The notes beneath the pieces were generated by a model. The model was not told the origin of the DNA, did not search any database, and saw only the letters and a list, made by a program, of their open reading frames with translations. A stretch of DNA of 64,000 nucleotides. It comes from Paramoeba atlantica (lineage: Eukaryota; Protista; Discosea). The stretch spans positions 124,001 through 188,000 of the forward strand of contig CDRNVI010000163.1 in the NCBI GenBank assembly GCA_977017575.1, given 5' to 3'. A program made the position numbers and the translations under genes. This document shows positions 34,893-48,346 of the stretch, in pieces (positions within the stretch are counted from its first letter, which is position 1; each line of letters starts with the position of its first letter).

Positions 34893-37800
34893 ATGGCTGA
34901 AACTGAATTGGTTTTGAAGGTAAAAAACTTTTTGTTGTTGTGATCTTTTTTTGAGAGAGAGAGAGAGAGAGAGAAAAGAAAAGTCTATCACTTTTTTTTG
35001 AAAAGAGGGAAAACATCTTCCTGTGAAGAAATTGATATCCTTTTGTCTCGTTTAATTTTTGAATTCTTTTCTTTTTGTTTATTTTTTTATTTTTTTATTT
35101 TATTTTTTTATTTTATTTTTTTATTTGATTTATTTATTTATTTGAGGTGATTGCGCCTTCTTTGAGAGCAGAAAAAGCTGTTCGATTTAAAGCTTCTATT
35201 CCTGTTGTCCAAGTTATTCAGGTTTTCTTCTCTTTCTCTTTTTTCTTTTTTCTTTAGTTTCTTTTTTTTCTTTTTTTTCTTTTTCAAAGACGATTATGTT
35301 TCGATTCTATTTTTTTGAGAGAATAACCCAGAGAACAATTTAATCAAATCTATTTTATTAATTTATTATTCTTAAAAAAAAAAAAAAAAAAAACAAAAAA
35401 GACTGTTGCTCGAAAATTCTTTTTAAAAGAACCAGCCCCAGAATCAAAATGGGCTCTTTACTATCCAAAAGGAAGACTTGGATTGGGAGTTTATTTGGAC
35501 AAATCTGCCACTCTCAAATCGTATGGCTTGACGAATCGTGAAACTTTGGAGGTTTTTTTGTTTTATTTTTTTTTTCTTTGAACTGAAAAGAGAGAGAGAG
35601 AAGAGAAATAACCGAGAGATATCATTGAGAATCATTGATAAAAAAAAAATTCTAGACTAAATCATAAATTATTTGTTATTCAATTAGAAATAATAATAAT
35701 AAGGAAAAGGATAATAAAAAATTTAAATAAACAAAAAAGAAATAAAAAACCTTTTCGTTTGACACCATATTTCTGATATGCCAGGGGGACAAGCTCCGTA
35801 AAAGAAATAATAATTGATCAGTAATAATAAGAAATAATAAGAAATAATAAGAAATAATAAGAAATAATAAGAAATAATAAATAATGATAATAAGAAATAA
35901 GAAATAATAAAAACAAAAACAAAAACAGTTTCGTTTGACACCAATAATGCTATACATTTCCGATGGGCCAGGGGGACAAGCTGCTCTCTTTCGAACTGAT
36001 ATGGATGCTCCTCTTCAAGAGGTTCCTCTCTCTTTCTCTCTCTTTTCTCTTTTTTCTCTTTTTTCTCTCTTTCTCTTTTTCTCTCTTTCTCTCTCTTTAT
36101 CTTTTTTCTCTTTTTTCTCTTTTTTCTCTCTTTCTCTTTTTTCTCTCTTTCTCTCTTTTCTCTCTTTATCTTTTTTTCTCTCTTTCTCTCTCTCTCTCTT
36201 TTTCTTTTCAATTTCTCTTTTATTCTCTTAAAAAAAAACCAAAAAAAAAAACCAAAAAAAAAACCAAAAAAAAACCAATTCAATTTTTTTTTTCAAAAAG
36301 ATATTCAATCGAGTTTGTGCATCTTTTGGGAGAAAACAAAGAGACAAGTTTTGTTTGTGTGTTTGGGGCTCTTCTTCTGCTTTGTCTCTCTCTTTGTCTT
36401 TGAAAGCTCAGCATCTTCATTCTAGTTCTAAATTATGTGTTTGTTTTTTTTTTTTAAATTTTATTTTTTATTTTTTTATTTTTTTCTTTTAATTTATTTT
36501 TCATTTTTTGTTTTTTTTTTTTGTTAAAGTTTCAATTTTGGTTTTGTTTTAAAGATATTTTTGTTTTTATTTTTATTGAATAAAAAAGACAGCTCCAAAA
36601 AAAAGGGAAAAAATTGAAAGCAAAACTTGAAGATCTTCAAAAATTGTATTTCCTTCTTTTTCTTTCTTTTTTTTTTCGCTTTCTCTTTCATTTTCTTTTT
36701 CTTTTTCTTTCTTTTTCTTTCTTTTTCTTTCTTTTCACTCACAGTTAAAAAATAAAGAAATGAACAAACCGAAATGCAAAGAGGGCGCGCTAATTCCGAT
36801 GCAATTGATCTTGAGGTTTCTTTTTCTTTCTTTCTCTCTTCTCTCATTTTCTCATTCTTTCGTTCTCTCATACTCTCTTCTCTCTTCTCTCTTCTCTCAT
36901 CTCTCATCTCTCTTCTCTCATCTCTCTCTCTTCTCTTTCTAATTTTCAATCTTGAAAAACAAAATAGAAAGCGAGGTTTGGTGTGGCGCTCGATGTTGCT
37001 CTTTCAAGAGATTGTACAATTGCTCATGCTGAACTTGATGTCCCTTTTGTTATATCTGATTCAGTTTTCTTTCTCTTTCTCTTTCTCTTTCTTTTCTTTT
37101 TTTCTTTCTCTCTAACTCTTTTATTCAGATTGGATATCTTGAAAAAGAGATAAATACTCCAAATCTTTTCTTTGAAAGTGGAGATTTAAATAATCTTGAT
37201 GATGTTATGAAAATGTATAATGCAGGTTTTTTCTTTTTCTTTTTCTTTTTCTTTTTTATTATTATCCGTTTTTGTTTTTTATTTCGAAAACAAAATTAAT
37301 AAAAAAAAGTAATAATATTTGATTTAATTTTTTTGTTTATTTTATTGGTTGTTATTTCATTCACGATTTTAATGTCAATTCTTCTCTTCTCTTTTCCTCT
37401 TTCTCCTTCTCTTTCTCCCTCCCTCCCTTTCTCCTCCCTCCTCTCTCTCTCTCTCTCTCTCTCCCTCCCAAACAAACAACAAACAACAGGATGCGGAACA
37501 CTAGAACTAAAACAACACACAAAAGACGCGTATGACGTCTGTGATCTTCTCATCTCTTTTCTCGAAAATCTTATTGAACCTCTTCTTACTTATGGTTTGT
37601 TTTGTTTGTTTGTTTCTTTGTTTGTTTGTTTGTTTGTTTGTTTCTTTGTTTCTTTGTTTCTTTGTTTCTTTATTTGTTTTTGTGATTTTTTTGTGATTTT
37701 TTTTGTGATTTTTCTTCTTTTTTTTTTGTGATTTTCTTCTTTTTTGTGATTTTTCTTTTTTTTTTCTGTGGTTTTTAAAATAATAAAATATATTTTTTGT

Positions 37801-40545
37801 TAATAATAAATAATTTTTTCATTAATAAATCAATAAATAAATAATAAATAAATAATAAATAAATAATCATTTTTCAGATCTCATTGCCGCATTTTTGGAT
37901 GTTGGAATGGACCTCGAAATAATAGAAAAAGAGAGGCAGAAAGAAGAAGAAGAGAATCCAAAAGAAGAGAGTAAAGAAGAGAGAGGGGGGGAAGAGAGAG
38001 AGGGGGAAGAGAGAGAGGAAGGAAAGAGAGAAGATGTTGGTGATATTGCGAGTTTTATGTCTGTTCTTCCTTCTGTTAATTTGAGTGTTTTGAAATCGAT
38101 TTGTTTTTTTTTGGAGAAAATTATTGATGCTCATCCTGGTTTTTTTTAATTTATTTTTTTATTTTTTTATTTGTTTGTTTGTTTATTTGTTTGTTTGTTT
38201 ATTTATTTATTTATTTATTAATAATGTATTTCGATTTTATTTCTTTTAATATCTTTCATTTTATTAATATCTTTTTCATTCTGAGTCATTCTAATTTTCT
38301 TTTATCTTTCTCTTTCTCTTTCTCTTTCTCCTTCTCTTCTTTCTCTTTTCAGGTGAGTCTGAAGATTTGGTATCTGATTTAAGTGCGTTATTTGCTCCAA
38401 TTTTTTTTCAAACTAAAAAAGATGAAGATTCTGGCTCTATTCACCTTCACGTTTTTTTTCTTTTCTCCTTTTTTCTCTTTTTTCTCTTTTTTCTCTTTTT
38501 TCTCATTTTTTTCTCTTTTTTTCTCTCTTTCTTTTCTTTTCTTTTCTTTCTTTTCAAAGAAAACAAATAATAAAACCAAATAAAAATAACAGGTCCCAGC
38601 AATGTTTCGTATTTCAAGACTGATGATCTCGGAATGCCATGAAATATTTGATCAAGTTTGTTTTTTGACACTTCCCAAAAGAAATGAGAGAAAATAAATT
38701 GTTAATAATTAAATAAAGAATTAAAATAATAAATAGGAATAAAAAAAGAAGAAGAATTGTAAGAAATAAATCAGAATAGTAAACAAATAAAATTTTCAGA
38801 TAAATAAGTTAATTAAAATAAAATAATACAAAAAGAGAAATCAAAAAAACTCAATAGAAAAGGAAAGACTTCAAAGAGAATAACAATAAACAAACAAACA
38901 AACAAATAAATAAATAAAAATAATAAAATAATAAAATAATTTTATAAAATAACTAATACAAACTAACACAAAAATTAGGTAATAGAAGAAAGACAAAATA
39001 GATCAATAGAAAAGGGAAGACTTCTTGCTGTTTTTGAATTTAATGGAACTGATCCTTCTGAATTGTCTCTTTCTGTTGGTCAAATGATTCGTGTTTTAGA
39101 TCAGAATCCTAGGTTTTCTTCTCTTCCCTCTCTCTCTTCTCTCTCTTCTCTCTCTCTCTTCTCTCTCTCTCTCTCTCTCTCTTCTATTTAAAAGAGAAGA
39201 CTTCTTGCTGTTTTTGAATTTAATGGAACTGATCCTTCTGAATTGTCTCTTTCTGTTGGTCAAATGATTCGTGTTTTAGATCAGAATCCTAGGTTTTTTT
39301 CTTCTCTTCTTTCTCTCTCTTCCCTCTCTCTCTTCTTTCTCTCTCTTTTCTCTCTTTTTCTTTTCTTTCTCTTTTTCTCTCTTCTCTCTCTTTCCCTCTG
39401 GTTGTAGAACAGAATCCTAGGTTTTTCTTTTCTTTTTTTCTTCTCTTTTTCATTTCCTCCCTTTCATTCTCGCCCTTTTTCAACTCACATTTTTTCCTTC
39501 CTATCATTCAGTGGATGGTGGGTCGGGGAAGTCAATGGAGAAACTGGTTTATCTTCTTTCCTTTCTTTCCTTTTTGATTATCCTTCTCATTTCTCTCTTT
39601 CTCTCTCTCTTTCTCTCTCTCTCAGGTTCTTTTCCTGTAACATATTGCGAAGAAATCTCAGTGGCTGAATCTCTTCGTCTCAGCTACCAATCTCGAAAGA
39701 AAAGGGGAAAGAAAGGAGAAGGGAAAGAAGAGGGGAAGGGAGAGGGAGAGAAAGAAGGAGAGAAAGAAGGAGAGAAAGAGGGGGAGGGAGAAGGAGGAGG
39801 GAAAGAAGAAGGAAGAAAGAAGGAGGAGAAAGCAGGAGAGGAGAAGGGGGAGAGAGAAGGGGGAGAGGGGGCAGGAGGAGAAGGGGAGAAAGGAGGGGGA
39901 AAGGGAGAGAGAGAGAGAGAGAGAGAGGGAGAAGGAGAAGGAGAGGGGATAACTGGAGAGGGAGAAAGAGAATGGGGAGAGGGAGAGGGAGAGGGAGGAG
40001 ATTGGGGAGAGGGAGAGGGGTGTTATGAGCAATATGAAGGAGAGGGAGGAGAGGGAGAGAGAGAGGGAGGAGGAGAAGGAGAAGGAGAAGAGGGGTATGA
40101 AGAAGAATGGGGTTGGGAAGAAGAGTTTGAGGGGTATGAAGAAGAATGGTGGGAAGAAGAAGGATTTGAAGAAGGAGAGGGCGGATTTGAAGAAGAGGGG
40201 GAATATGTGGAGGGGGAATATTATCTTGAGGAAGGAGGAGAGGGAGAGGGGGAGAGAGAGGGGGAGAGAGAGGGGGGGAAAGAGGGAGAGGGGAGAGAAG
40301 AAGAGATAGAAGAAGAGATAGAAAGAAAGAAAAAGCTCACAGAAAGAGAGATGGAGAGAAGAGAGAGAGTAAATCAGAAAAGAATTGATTTTTGGAATGT
40401 TTCTGAGGAGTCGCAGTGGGACACAGAAACGGATGTTGAAAAATTGAGAGAATTACTTAAACAAGAAAGAAAATTGAGAATAGAAGCAGAGGAAAGAGAG
40501 AAAGCGATGTGTGTTATGGTTCGAGTTGTTCGACAAAAGAAATAA
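34893..40545 (+). CDS. Talin-F0/F1-like ubiquitin domains + RhoGAP-like domain + SH3 + acidic G/E tail, multi-exon
   Basis: MAETELVLK|[14 protein letters not shown]; [22 protein letters not shown]; [12 protein letters not shown]; [12 protein letters not shown]; [10 protein letters not shown]; [35 protein letters not shown]. Confidence 0.75.
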
Positions 40546-40704
40546 GAAAAGAAAAAGAAAAAGAGAGAGAGAGAAGAGAAACTTCAAAAATTTGTAAATA
40601 ATTCTTTTCAGAAATTCTTTTCGAGAAAGAAAAAAAAGAGAATGAAATTTTTTTTTTAAATAATTCTTATTAAAAAAAAAAAAAGAAAAAAGAATCTTTG
40701 AGAT

Positions 40705-43700
40705 TTAATTTTGTTTATTCTTTGAACCAGAACGCCAGATTGTGACAGCCATCTTTCTGCAAAGAATTGTCCCAAAATATAACAATGGCATCACCTTTTC
40801 ACAAAATTGTTAATTTTATTATTTAATTTTATTTAATATTGAATTAAAATTTTTGTTCATCTTTGTTTGTAATATTGAATTCAATATTATTATTTATTAA
40901 ATTAAAGGAGGAAAAGAAATAGAAAAGAAAGAAAGAAAAGAGAGAGGAGAGAGAGAGAGAGAGAAGAGGAGAGAAGAGAGAGAAAGAAGAGAAGAAAACC
41001 TTAAGACGATAAAATTGACCTTGAAGAAGAGAGAGAGGAGGAGGTTCAAGCATAAAATTTACATTTTGTTCGCTTATTAACGCCAATGGTAACTAAATTT
41101 TTTTATTCATAAAATTTATTGAAAAGAAAGAGAATTAAAAAAAAAAATCCATTTTAATTTTTAATCTTTCTCTTACTCTCTCTTTTCTTTTTGCTCTCTT
41201 CCAATTCTTCTTTCTTTTCTCTCATTCAATTCTTCTTTGTCTTCTCTTCTCTTTTTCTCTTTTTCTCTTTTTCTCTTTTTCTCTTTTTCTCTTTTTCTCT
41301 TTCTTTTATTTATGAAATACCTCAACATTATAAGCATAGAGTGTCCCAGCACTAATACACGTATTGTAAAGCATAAATCTGAAAGAGAGAAGAGAGAAAG
41401 AGAAAAGAAACATTAAAGGCGGGAAAAGAAAAAGAGAGAGAAGAGAGAGAGAAAAGAGAGAAAGAGAGAGAGAGAGAGAAAAGAGAGAGAGAAAAAACCT
41501 TTTCTGAGAACTATCTTGATCTGTTTGTTTAGTACCATCATAATTGTCATCTCTTGGATCAATAATATGAAAATACTGAAAAAAATCATGATCAAAAAAG
41601 AGAAACGAAAAGAAAGAGAAATGAAAATAAAGAAAAAACAAAAAACAAAAAACAAAAAACAAAAAACAAAAAACAAAAAAAACAACAAAAAAAAGACAAC
41701 AAAAAACAAAAACAAAACTCGACTAAAAGAAGCCCACAAAGGAACAACAGCGAGCAATATGATGACACCAAAAAACAAAAAAAAAAACAAAAAAAAAACA
41801 AAAAAAAAACAAAAAAAAAACAAAAAAAAACAAAAAAAAAACAAAAAAAACAAAAAAAAACAAAAAAAAAAAAAACAAAAAACAAAACTCGACTAAAAGA
41901 AGCCCACAAAGGAACAACCGCAAGAGCAATATGATGACACCAAAAAACAAGAATCTTCATCTCGTCCAATTGTGCCATTCCGTGAATTGTAATGTGTTGT
42001 GATGCAGCGTGCTTTTTTTTTTTGAATGGAAAGAGAGGAAAGAGAGGAAAGAGAGAGAAATGGGTCAGGCAAGGAAGGAGAAAGAGGAGAGAGAGAGAGG
42101 GAGGGAGGGAGAGAGAGGGAGAGGAATGAGAAAAGGAAGAGGAGATGGTGAAATGAGAGGAGGGATGAGAGGAGAGAGAGAAGAGAGAAGAGAGAAAAGG
42201 AAAAGAAGATAGCGAAATGAGAGAAGGAATGAGAGAGGAGAGAGAGAGAAAAAAAAACCTCATCAGCATCCTCAGGAATAAAAGATTCTAAAGAGGGAAA
42301 ATGTGAACAAAAAATGTGAACAAAATAAAAAAAAAAATGTGAAAATAAAAATGATCAAATTAGAAGAGAAGAATTTTCTACAAAGAACAAAGAAAAGAAA
42401 GAAAAATAAGAAAAGAAGAGAAAGAAAGAAAGAAAAACCAGGAAAAAGATAAGCAACAGTCATAGCAACAAGATCAAATTGATACATATAAATCACCAAA
42501 TTGAAAAGAAAACACGATCGTCGATAATTTGAACTATTTTTTAAAAAAAATCAAAAAAGTGTCACAACAAAAAGTGTCAAAGATGCCAAAAAAAAAAAGG
42601 AAATTAAAATCAAAGATAAACTTAATATTAAAAAGAATACAATTAGCATGACAAGGAAAAGCCAAATCATAATGATAAAAATAAAAATAAAAATAAATAT
42701 TTTAAATAAAATAAAACAAATTAAATTAAAAACAAAATAAAACAAAATATAAAAAATAATAATAAAACCTTCTAATAAAAACAGCATAAAGAAGAATGAT
42801 AGTAATAGCATGACAAGGAAAAGCCAAATTATAATGATAAAAATAAAATAAAATAAAATAAAATAAAACAAATTAAATTAAAAATAAAATAAAATAAAAA
42901 AATACCTTCTAATAAAACAGCATAAAGAAGAATAATAGTAATAGCATGACAAGGAAAAGCCAAATTATAATGATAAAAATAAATTAAATAAAAATAAAAT
43001 AAATAAAATAAAATAAAATAAAATAAAATAAAATAAAATAAATAAAAATAAAATAAAATAAATTAAAATAAAAAAAAACCTTCTAATAAAAACAGCATAA
43101 AGAAGAATAATAGTAATAGCATGACAAGGAAAAGCCAAATTAACTAAATAGATCCACCCTCTCATCGCTTTATCCACAATTTGCCAAATTTCTGTATTTT
43201 ATTATTTATTATTTTTTGTTTTTTATTTAATTGATTATCCCTTATTTATTATTTCTTTTTTCTTATTTATTATTTATGATTTATTATTTTTCCAAATTTC
43301 TTTTGATGTGTTGAATTTTCCTTTCTTTTCTTTTCTTTTCTTTTAATTCAACCAACAAAAACCATACCAGTAAAGGTTAAAAGAAAAATTGAAGAAAGAA
43401 ACAAATAAGAGAGAGGTTGGTCAGGTTTTGATGGAACCATCTTCGTTTTGAATTTCTATTCTCAAAAAGAATTATTTTTCAGAAAAATAATTTCTGTTTT
43501 TTTTTTTTTTAATTCGAAAAATGAAAAAGAAGTTGAATCAATTTGTTTTGAGATTCATTTTTTTTTCCATTTCCAATAACTTTTTTTCAACTTTGTTTTT
43601 TTGTTGAAAAGAAACAGAAACAGAAACAAATCTCACCTCCCATGTTGCTACCGATGAGTACAACAGGTACCCAAAAACACTTGTAAAGAGAACAAAATCT

Positions 43701-43813
43701 AGAATTCAAAAAATATTTTAATCCACATCCAAAAAAAAGGTAGAGAGGAGAGAAAGAGAGAGAGAAGAGAGAGAGAAACCAAAGGCATTTTGGAGAGAGG
43801 AGGGTTGACTCAT
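40705..43813 (-). CDS. TMEM164: TMEM164-family multi-pass membrane acyltransferase, multi-exon
   Basis: IYLVNLAFPCHAIT (cf. YLLNPCHL), AYLFP, WCHHIALAVVPLW and SEQNVNFMLEPP..GQFYR (cf. TEVNLNNMLCPA..GPWYR). Confidence 0.72.
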
Positions 43814-44117
43814 AACTTGACGCCGGAGAAAAAGAAAAGAAACAAAAAAAAAAACGAAAAAAAAACTTCTTTTTTGAGGGTCTGGGGCCTCTCTTTCTCA
43901 GAGTCACCGTGTTCAATTCTCCAAAAAGATCAAAAAAAATTCTTTTCTGTTTTTTTTATTTGTTTTCTTTTTCCTTTTTTTTTTCTTTTGTTTTTCTGAA
44001 AAGATTCCACCCCCTTCCTCCCAATACTCCCTTCTCTTAACATCATCCCCACAACCAATCCAATCATTCCAATCCTCTTCTCAAACAAAAAAAATCCTCG
44101 TCACCCAATCCAAAGAA

Positions 44118-46592
44118 TCAATGACCTCCCCGATCACTCTGAGGAGAGTAATGGTATCCATAGACAGGAGGAGGATAACCAGACGGAGATTGAGGAGGAG
44201 TTCCACTTCCACTATACATCATAGCAGGATTCACTCCACCTCCGGCTGGGTTCATCCCACCTCTTACATTTGGAGGAGGATATGGTGTGGGGTGGGAAGG
44301 TGATCCTGGTTGCTGTGAGAAAGAGAGGGAAAGAGTCATGAGTTTGAATTCTACACAAACAATAAATTTCTATAAAAAAAAAAGACTCACCCCATAAGGT
44401 TGTGGAGGAACCATCATTGGTCCACCATACATCTGATGGGGAGGAACTCCTCCCCTTGACATTTGATGGCCTCCTGGCGGTCCTCCGCGTGGTAACCCTC
44501 CAGCAGGTCCTCCAGGAGGGTAATCAGGAACCACAAAAGGATATGGTCCCCCTCCTGATTCTCCATATCCTATTTGGAAGGAAGGAAAATGGTGAGAAAA
44601 CCCGGATAATAATTAAATGAAAATTGAAAAATAAAAAAGAATTCAATTTTAAAAACCTGCGCCAGGGTCAGCAGGATGAAAACCACCTCCCGGAAATTGA
44701 GAAGGGACATGTGTTGTTGGCAGTGACTCCAACACATCCAATTCAAAAGGATTGAAATCGTCTGCATCCGCCCTCATTGCCTTCATAGATAACGATAACG
44801 ATTTTGGTTTTTCTTTCTCATCTCCCTCTTTTTCTTCTGATTCTGTTTTACTTGAAGAAGGAGTAGATCCTGATCCACTTGTCTCTGAATCTTTATTTGG
44901 TGATGATGAAGCACTTTCTTCAACCCCTTTCGTTCCTTCTTCTTTCTGGGATTCATCATTTTTCTCTTCCTTTGCAGTCTCCCCTGTCTTAGCTGTTTCT
45001 TGATTTTCATCCTGACGGATAACACCGCTATATAAATCTTCTTCATCCATGTCATTTTGAATCTTTTGTCCTCTTTCTTCTTGTAAATGGACATTCTGTG
45101 TTGAGTAAAAATGAGAAGAAAAAAAAGGAAGAAGAGTGACGAGAGTTTTTGTTGTGAGAAAAACAAAGAAAAGTGCAATTAATTCTGAAGAGGTTTGATT
45201 TTTTTTTTAAAAAAAAAATACTTGGGAAGATTGAGAATAAATTTCTTTGGCGATTCGTTCAGCTTCTGCTTCCTTTTGTCTGTATTGATCACTCTGTTTG
45301 TCCAATGGTGTAGTATAAATTTCCTCCTTTAAAAATGAAATGAGAAAAAATGTGTGTTGTGCACACAACACAAGAAAGAAAGAAAGAAAGAAAAAAAAAG
45401 ATTAAAAATAAGATTGAAAAAAAGATTGGAAAAAAGGGAAAAGAGATGCATTTCCAAACAAACAAACAAAAACCTGAAAAGAAGTTTCAACACCAAAAAG
45501 TTCTTTATTCGCAGAAAATTGATCCCAAGGACCAGAAGAGTCACCACCTTCAATTCCACCACTTAACCAAGTTGCCGAAGTTGCCGAAGTTGCCTCAGTT
45601 GGAGCCCAAGCAACAAGTTCTCTATCTTTTGTTCCTTTCACTCCTTTTGATTTGATTTGATCAAAAATTGTGATTTAATAATAATAATAATAAAATAATT
45701 ATTATTAAAGAATAATTATTAAAATTCGGTGATTTTTCACTTCTTTTTTAAAAATAAATTGATGAGAGAAACAAACCACTAATGGCAGAGTCAGTTAAAA
45801 ATCCACCTCGAAGATCTCTGACTCCTCCTTCTGTTGGTTGCGCTTTCCATCGAACGTCTTTCACTATTTTTTGAATCAGTTTTTTCTGGTTTTTCTTTTC
45901 AATTGTCAGTTTATAAAGAAAAAAGAATAAGACCTTGCAAATGACGAATCATTGATGGCCAAAGAACAAGTGACTCAAGGGGACGTTTCAAGATATCGCT
46001 TTCATCATCTGATTCTTTTTTTGCCATTTTTAATCCAAAGGCCATTCCCTCTTCTCCCCCATATCTCTTTCCTTGGACAGAAACTCCTGAATGGAGAATT
46101 CCCTGAAAGAACAAAAAATTAGAATGAGGTTGAAGAAGATCTTTGTCAGTTTTTCAAAAACAAAACCGAAAAAAAAAAAAAAAAAAAACGCTCACTGAAA
46201 TTGAAATTAGACAAAATATACCTGATAGACAGACCCATCAGAGAGAGAAACAATCACAGTTTGACCAACAAGCAAACAAATAAGTCTTGTCATTCTTTCT
46301 TTGAGCGAAAGTGGGCCTCCTTGTCCTTGTGTTTGACCTTGACCTTTTTTGAGATCATTTGTAATGAGTGGTTCTGTAAACAACTTTTTTTTTGAAAAGA
46401 AGAAGAAAAACAAAAACCTTCAAAATTACCAGGTGGTGGTCGTCCAGAAAAAGAACCTCCACTTCCTTTTCTTTCTGCAGGAGATCCATTGTTTCTTCGA
46501 TCACCACTATTTCTTGGCCCACCACCCGCGACAGGATTCGCATTTCTCCCACCCCTTCGATCTCGTGAGCCTCTTCGATAGGGTTGTGACAT
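44118..46592 (-). CDS. ATXN2: Ataxin-2/Pbp1 homolog (Lsm, LsmAD, PAM2-like motif, P/G/Y-rich tail)
   Basis: RLICLLVGQTVIV..GSVY, FLTDSAIS, WDQFSANKELFGV, EEIYTTPLD, AERIAKEI, HLQEERG..DEEDLYSGV and MRADADDFNP. Confidence 0.88.
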
Positions 46593-46766
46593 AATTTCCC
46601 CTTTATTAAAAAATCGAGAAAACTATTTCTCTTGATCAAATGTCTTTTTGGAAATTTCTGTTTCCGTTTTGAACAAACTGAACCGTTGTGAACTTCAAAA
46701 GTGGAAGAAGAAAGAAAGGCGAAAGGAAGAAAAGAAAAACGGCGGTCGAGTCGGAGAGAAAAAAAC

Positions 46767-46859
46767 GACTGAGTCATTATTGTTTTTTAGACCGTTTATT
46801 TGACTCAGTCAATCTTTTTTAATACTAAGAAAAAAATTCCCCGAAAAATGACTGAGTCA
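46767..46859. promoter_or_regulatory. Three GACTGAGTCA / TGACTCAGTC (AP-1-like) sites in the divergent ATXN2/TLC promoter
   Basis: Copies at 46767-46776, 46801-46811 (inverted) and 46849-46859. Confidence 0.55.
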
Positions 46860-46952
46860 CACAAAAAAGATTCTTCTTTCATCCAAACGACGTAGACAAA
46901 GAAAGAAACAAAGGAGAGAGAGGGTGGGGTGAGAGAAAGAAATAAGAAAGCA

Positions 46953-48158
46953 ATGATGTTTGAAGGATTTCTTCAGCATATGTACAAGAGTGTTGAAGTT
47001 GATTGTGATCAGGATGGGCCTTTTGATTCACTTCAAAAGGAAGCTGTTCTTCGTGTGATTGGAGAAACAGTTGGGGCTGCTTGTTTTTTTGCTGGGATCC
47101 AGTGGGCAAGCAAATCTCTGATTAAAAATCACCTTCCTTCTTTCCTCAAGGTTTGTTGTCCAAAATGATTCCTCAAAAAAGAGAAAAGAAAAAAGGAATT
47201 GGAATGAAACGAAAAACAAAGGGGAAATGGTGTGGAATCTTTCCTTTTTTCTTTTTTTCAATTTTTCAAACCAAAATTTATCCATCAGATGAAAAAGTCA
47301 AGTTTGACACAATTGCCCTCTTATGTGACTTCAACGGTTCATGCAGCAGGAATTGGACTTTGGTCAATCTACAAAGTTTTTTTTTTCTTTTATTTATTTG
47401 CTGCTTTCCTCTTTTTGAACAAAATTGGGACAGATTCGATACTTGAAAGAAGGGGGAAAAGAAATTCTTCCTTTTACTTTCGGATATTTCTGGAATGATT
47501 TCATTCAAGAAAGTTATTTTTTCTCAATTTTTTTTCAAATGATTTTTTTTTGGAAAATTTGTTGAGGGATGTTCTTTTTCTAAATTCTTTCGATTCATAA
47601 TAATATGTTTTTTTAGCTCTTAGTGGAAGCAATAATCCGTCCAATTATTTGCACCATCTCACCGGAATTGCTCTACTCTCTACTGCATTAAATGTAAGCT
47701 TTTTTCTCTTCTTTTCTCTCTCTTTTCTCTCTGTTTTTCTTCCTGTTTTTCCCTTTTTTTTTTCTCTCTGAAGTTTTTTTGGGATTTCTTTTTAGGCTGA
47801 TAGAGCGATTGAACCATTTTTTTCTCAAGTCTATTTGATTGAACTTTCGACCCCCTTCTTGAACGCTCTTTGGATGGCTCGGAATCTCAAAAATCCCAAT
47901 GGAACATTCACAAGAGCCTCATTCATCCTCTTCGCAACAACATTTTTCTTGTTGAGAATTGTCTATTTCCCTTTTGTGTTGTTTTTTTTGTTACCTTCAC
48001 AAAAGAGGGCTTACCGATGGATGGGGAATTGGGGGCGAATGTATGGAATGTACACTTTGCTGGGTCTGCAAATATTTTGGTTTTTCAAAATTATTCGAAT
48101 GTCATGGAGGAAGTTTATCTCCATCGCTCCCATAAAAAAACAAATCTCTCGTGTATAG
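46953..48158 (+). CDS. TLC-domain (TLCD4/TMEM56-like) membrane protein, multi-exon
   Basis: YVTSTVHA, YLHHL, IELSTPFLNALW, FFLLRI and QIFWFFKII. Confidence 0.8.
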
Positions 48159-48346
48159 AGATTTTTGAAGGTGGAATGGAGACAAATTAAAGAGACTTTT
48201 CGTTTTTGGTGCCTTGCCCAAAGAGATTTTCAGACTGAAGATGAAGGTGGAAGATGGAGAAAAAGAACTTTTTATTTTAAAAAAGATAATTTTTTTTGTA
48301 GAATTTTAGTTGTTTTCTTATTGAATCTTAGAGGAGGTCGAGACAA

